From Williamsia sp. Leaf354 (GTDB taxonomy: Bacteria; Actinomycetota; Actinomycetes; Mycobacteriales; Mycobacteriaceae), in NCBI RefSeq assembly GCF_001424365.1, contig NZ_LMPL01000004.1:419831-443830 (forward strand): 24,000 nucleotides of DNA, given 5' to 3'. Each line of letters opens with the position of its first letter. Position 1 is the stretch's first letter. The position numbers were made by a program, and so were the translations under genes. The notes under the pieces were generated by a model. That model was not told the origin of the DNA and made no database searches. It worked only from the letters and a program-made list of their open reading frames with translations. Shown here piece by piece: positions 22,750-24,000 of the stretch.

Positions 22750-22986
22750 ATGTCCGCCCACTGCCAGGTGACCGGGCGCGCGCCCGGTTTCGGCAAGCAG
22801 GTGTCGCACTCGCACGTGCGCACCAACCGCCGCTGGAACCCCAACATCCAACGACGCCGCTATTTCGTGCCGAGTGAGGGGCGCAGCATCACCCTGCGGG
22901 TGTCCACCAAGGGCATCAAGACGATCGACCGGGACGGCATCGACGCCGTCGTGGCCCGCATGCGCGCACGCGGGGAGACGTTCTGA
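22750..22986 (+). CDS. rpmB2: 50S ribosomal protein L28 (alternative, zinc-independent type)
   Basis: 78 aa, [34 protein letters not shown]...[29 protein letters not shown]. Only one Cys and no paired CxxC. Confidence 0.92.
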   Translation: MSAHCQVTGRAPGFGKQVSHSHVRTNRRWNPNIQRRRYFVPSEGRSITLRVSTKGIKTIDRDGIDAVVARMRARGETF

Positions 22987-23156
22987 TGGCCGGCAAGAGC
23001 ACCGACATCCGACCGATCGTGAAGCTGAAGTCGACGGCGGGCACGGGCTACACCTACGTGACACGCAAGAACCGCCGCAACGACCCCGACCGCCTGGTCA
23101 TCCGCAAATACGACCCGGTGATCCGCGCGCACGTGGATTTCCGAGAGGAGCGCTGA
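22986..23156 (+). CDS. rpmG: 50S ribosomal protein L33 (Cys-less paralogue)
   Basis: Below the track cutoff. The ATG shares one nucleotide with the rpmB2 stop (TGATG). Translation: [56 protein letters not shown]. Confidence 0.9.
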   Translation: MAGKSTDIRPIVKLKSTAGTGYTYVTRKNRRNDPDRLVIRKYDPVIRAHVDFREER

Positions 23157-23157
23157 C

Positions 23158-23463
23158 ATGGCCAAGAAGTCGAAGATCAACCGCAACGAGCACCGTCGCG
23201 AGGTCGTCGCACGACATGCGGCGCGCCGGGCCGAGCTCAAGGAGATCGTCCGCAGCCCCGGGTCGTCGGACGACGATCGCGCCGCCGCGCAACTGGCGCT
23301 GCAACGACTCCCCCGCGACGCCAGCCCCACCCGCGTGCGCAATCGCGATGCGGTCGACGGGCGTCCCCGTGGTTACATCGGTAAGGCAGGCATCTCCCGG
23401 GTGCGCTTTCGCGCGATGGCGCACAACGGTGAGCTGCCGGGTATCACGAAATCGAGCTGGTGA
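23158..23463 (+). CDS. rpsN2: 30S ribosomal protein S14, long Cys-less form
   Basis: 101 aa, [30 protein letters not shown]...[41 protein letters not shown]. The start is 1 nt after the rpmG stop. Confidence 0.92.
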   Translation: MAKKSKINRNEHRREVVARHAARRAELKEIVRSPGSSDDDRAAAQLALQRLPRDASPTRVRNRDAVDGRPRGYIGKAGISRVRFRAMAHNGELPGITKSSW

Positions 23464-23525
23464 CGCCGCGACGGGCCGCACCCTCGACGACCGTGGTCAA
23501 GAGCGGGTCAGATCTCGCGTAAGAT

Positions 23526-23544
23526 GGACAATCGGCGATTGACC
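23526..23544. promoter_or_regulatory. Near-perfect 19-bp palindrome in the rpsN2-rpsR2 spacer
   Basis: GGACAATCGGCGATTGACC has 8 of 9 arm positions complementary around a central G, with CAATCG/CGATTG perfect. Another GACAAT follows at 23549..23554. It shares the GACAAT core with the elements at 22677..22732. Confidence 0.3.
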
Positions 23545-23571
23545 GAACGACAATGAACTGAGGAAGCGATC

Positions 23572-23829
23572 ATGGCTGCCAAGCCCACCCGTAAGCGCAA
23601 CGAGAAGCCGACGAAGGTCGCCGCGAAGCGCAACATCCTGCGCGAGCGCAAGATCGACCACATCGACTACAAGGACGTCGCCCTGCTGCGCACGTTCCTC
23701 TCCGACCGCGGCAAGATCCGCAGCCGTCGCGTCACCGGCCTCAACCCGCAGCAGCAGCGACAGGTCGCCACCGCGATCCGCAACGCACGTGAGATGGCCC
23801 TGCTGCCCTTCGTCACCACCGGTCGGTGA
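23572..23829 (+). CDS. rpsR2: 30S ribosomal protein S18 (Cys-less paralogue)
   Basis: 85 aa, ...[62 protein letters not shown] lies 5 nt upstream. Confidence 0.92.
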   Translation: MAAKPTRKRNEKPTKVAAKRNILRERKIDHIDYKDVALLRTFLSDRGKIRSRRVTGLNPQQQRQVATAIRNAREMALLPFVTTGR

Positions 23830-23877
23830 TCGTCGGCCGACCGGCACGCCACCCCTCGCGATGGTGCACCGGTCGGT
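23819..23877 (+). terminator. Stem-loop region at the 3' end of rpsR2 with two mutually exclusive pairings
   Basis: ccggtcgg (23819..23826) and ccggtcgg(t) (23869..23877) can each pair with ccgaccgg (23837..23844). The first hairpin encloses the rpsR2 stop codon. Confidence 0.35.
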
Positions 23878-23928
23878 CACTCGTCCTGTGATCCCCAGTT
23901 CTGCCGACACCGCACGCTAGACGGCGCG

Positions 23929-24000
23929 GTGTCCGGAGTCGTCCAGGGTTTCACCGTCATCTTCATCGTGATCGCGGTGGGATACGTGCTCGGTCGCACC
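23929..24000 (+). CDS. Start of an AEC (auxin-efflux-carrier) family permease; partial, continues off the right edge
   Basis: From GTG 23929 the translation is VSGVVQGFTVIFIVIAVGYVLGRT. This resembles the typical AEC N-terminus (M..vl.GF..I..vI.vGYllgR). Only 24 codons are visible and there is no clear SD. Confidence 0.4.
   Translation, partial: MSGVVQGFTVIFIVIAVGYVLGRT

Overview
High-GC actinobacterial chromosome segment. Gene content points to the order Mycobacteriales: mprA-mprB-pepD-moaB2 synteny, MspA-type porins and an MmpL transporter. No tRNA, rRNA, CRISPR, transposase or integrase was seen. Many long ORFs in the supplied track are antisense or out-of-frame shadows typical of high-GC DNA. 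I called genes from recognisable motifs, third-position GC read by eye, start/stop overlaps and Shine-Dalgarno (SD) context.

Layout, left to right:
1. A partial FAD/NAD(P)-binding oxidoreductase (minus strand, absent from the ORF track because it runs off the edge).
2. A minus-strand monocarboxylate-uptake block. A LytS-type histidine kinase, a LytTR response regulator, a small DUF485-like membrane protein and a sodium:solute symporter (SSS) form a tightly coupled operon. A second DUF485 + ActP pair follows, preceded by a phased 10-bp direct repeat.
3. A DUF3263-like gene.
4. Two tandem MspA-family porin paralogues with a strong terminator.
5. The envelope-stress module mprA-mprB-pepD-moaB2 plus a small downstream ORF. 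MprA-box-like direct repeats lie upstream of both mprA and pepD.
6. Divergent from mprA, a translationally coupled plus-strand operon: thioester-reductase-like SDR, micro-ORF, phosphatidylserine-decarboxylase-like pyruvoyl enzyme, large GNAT-like acyltransferase, and an MmpL transporter. I know of no characterised system with this gene combination, so it is the best candidate for something undescribed.
7. rpmF directly behind a Zur-type zinc-starvation locus. This is a P-loop-less COG0523-like gene plus rpmE2 on the minus strand, divergent from rpmB2-rpmG-rpsN2-rpsR2 (all Cys-less paralogues), with Zur-box-like operators.
8. The first codons of an AEC-family permease.

All functional calls come from motif recognition and recalled homology, not from searches.
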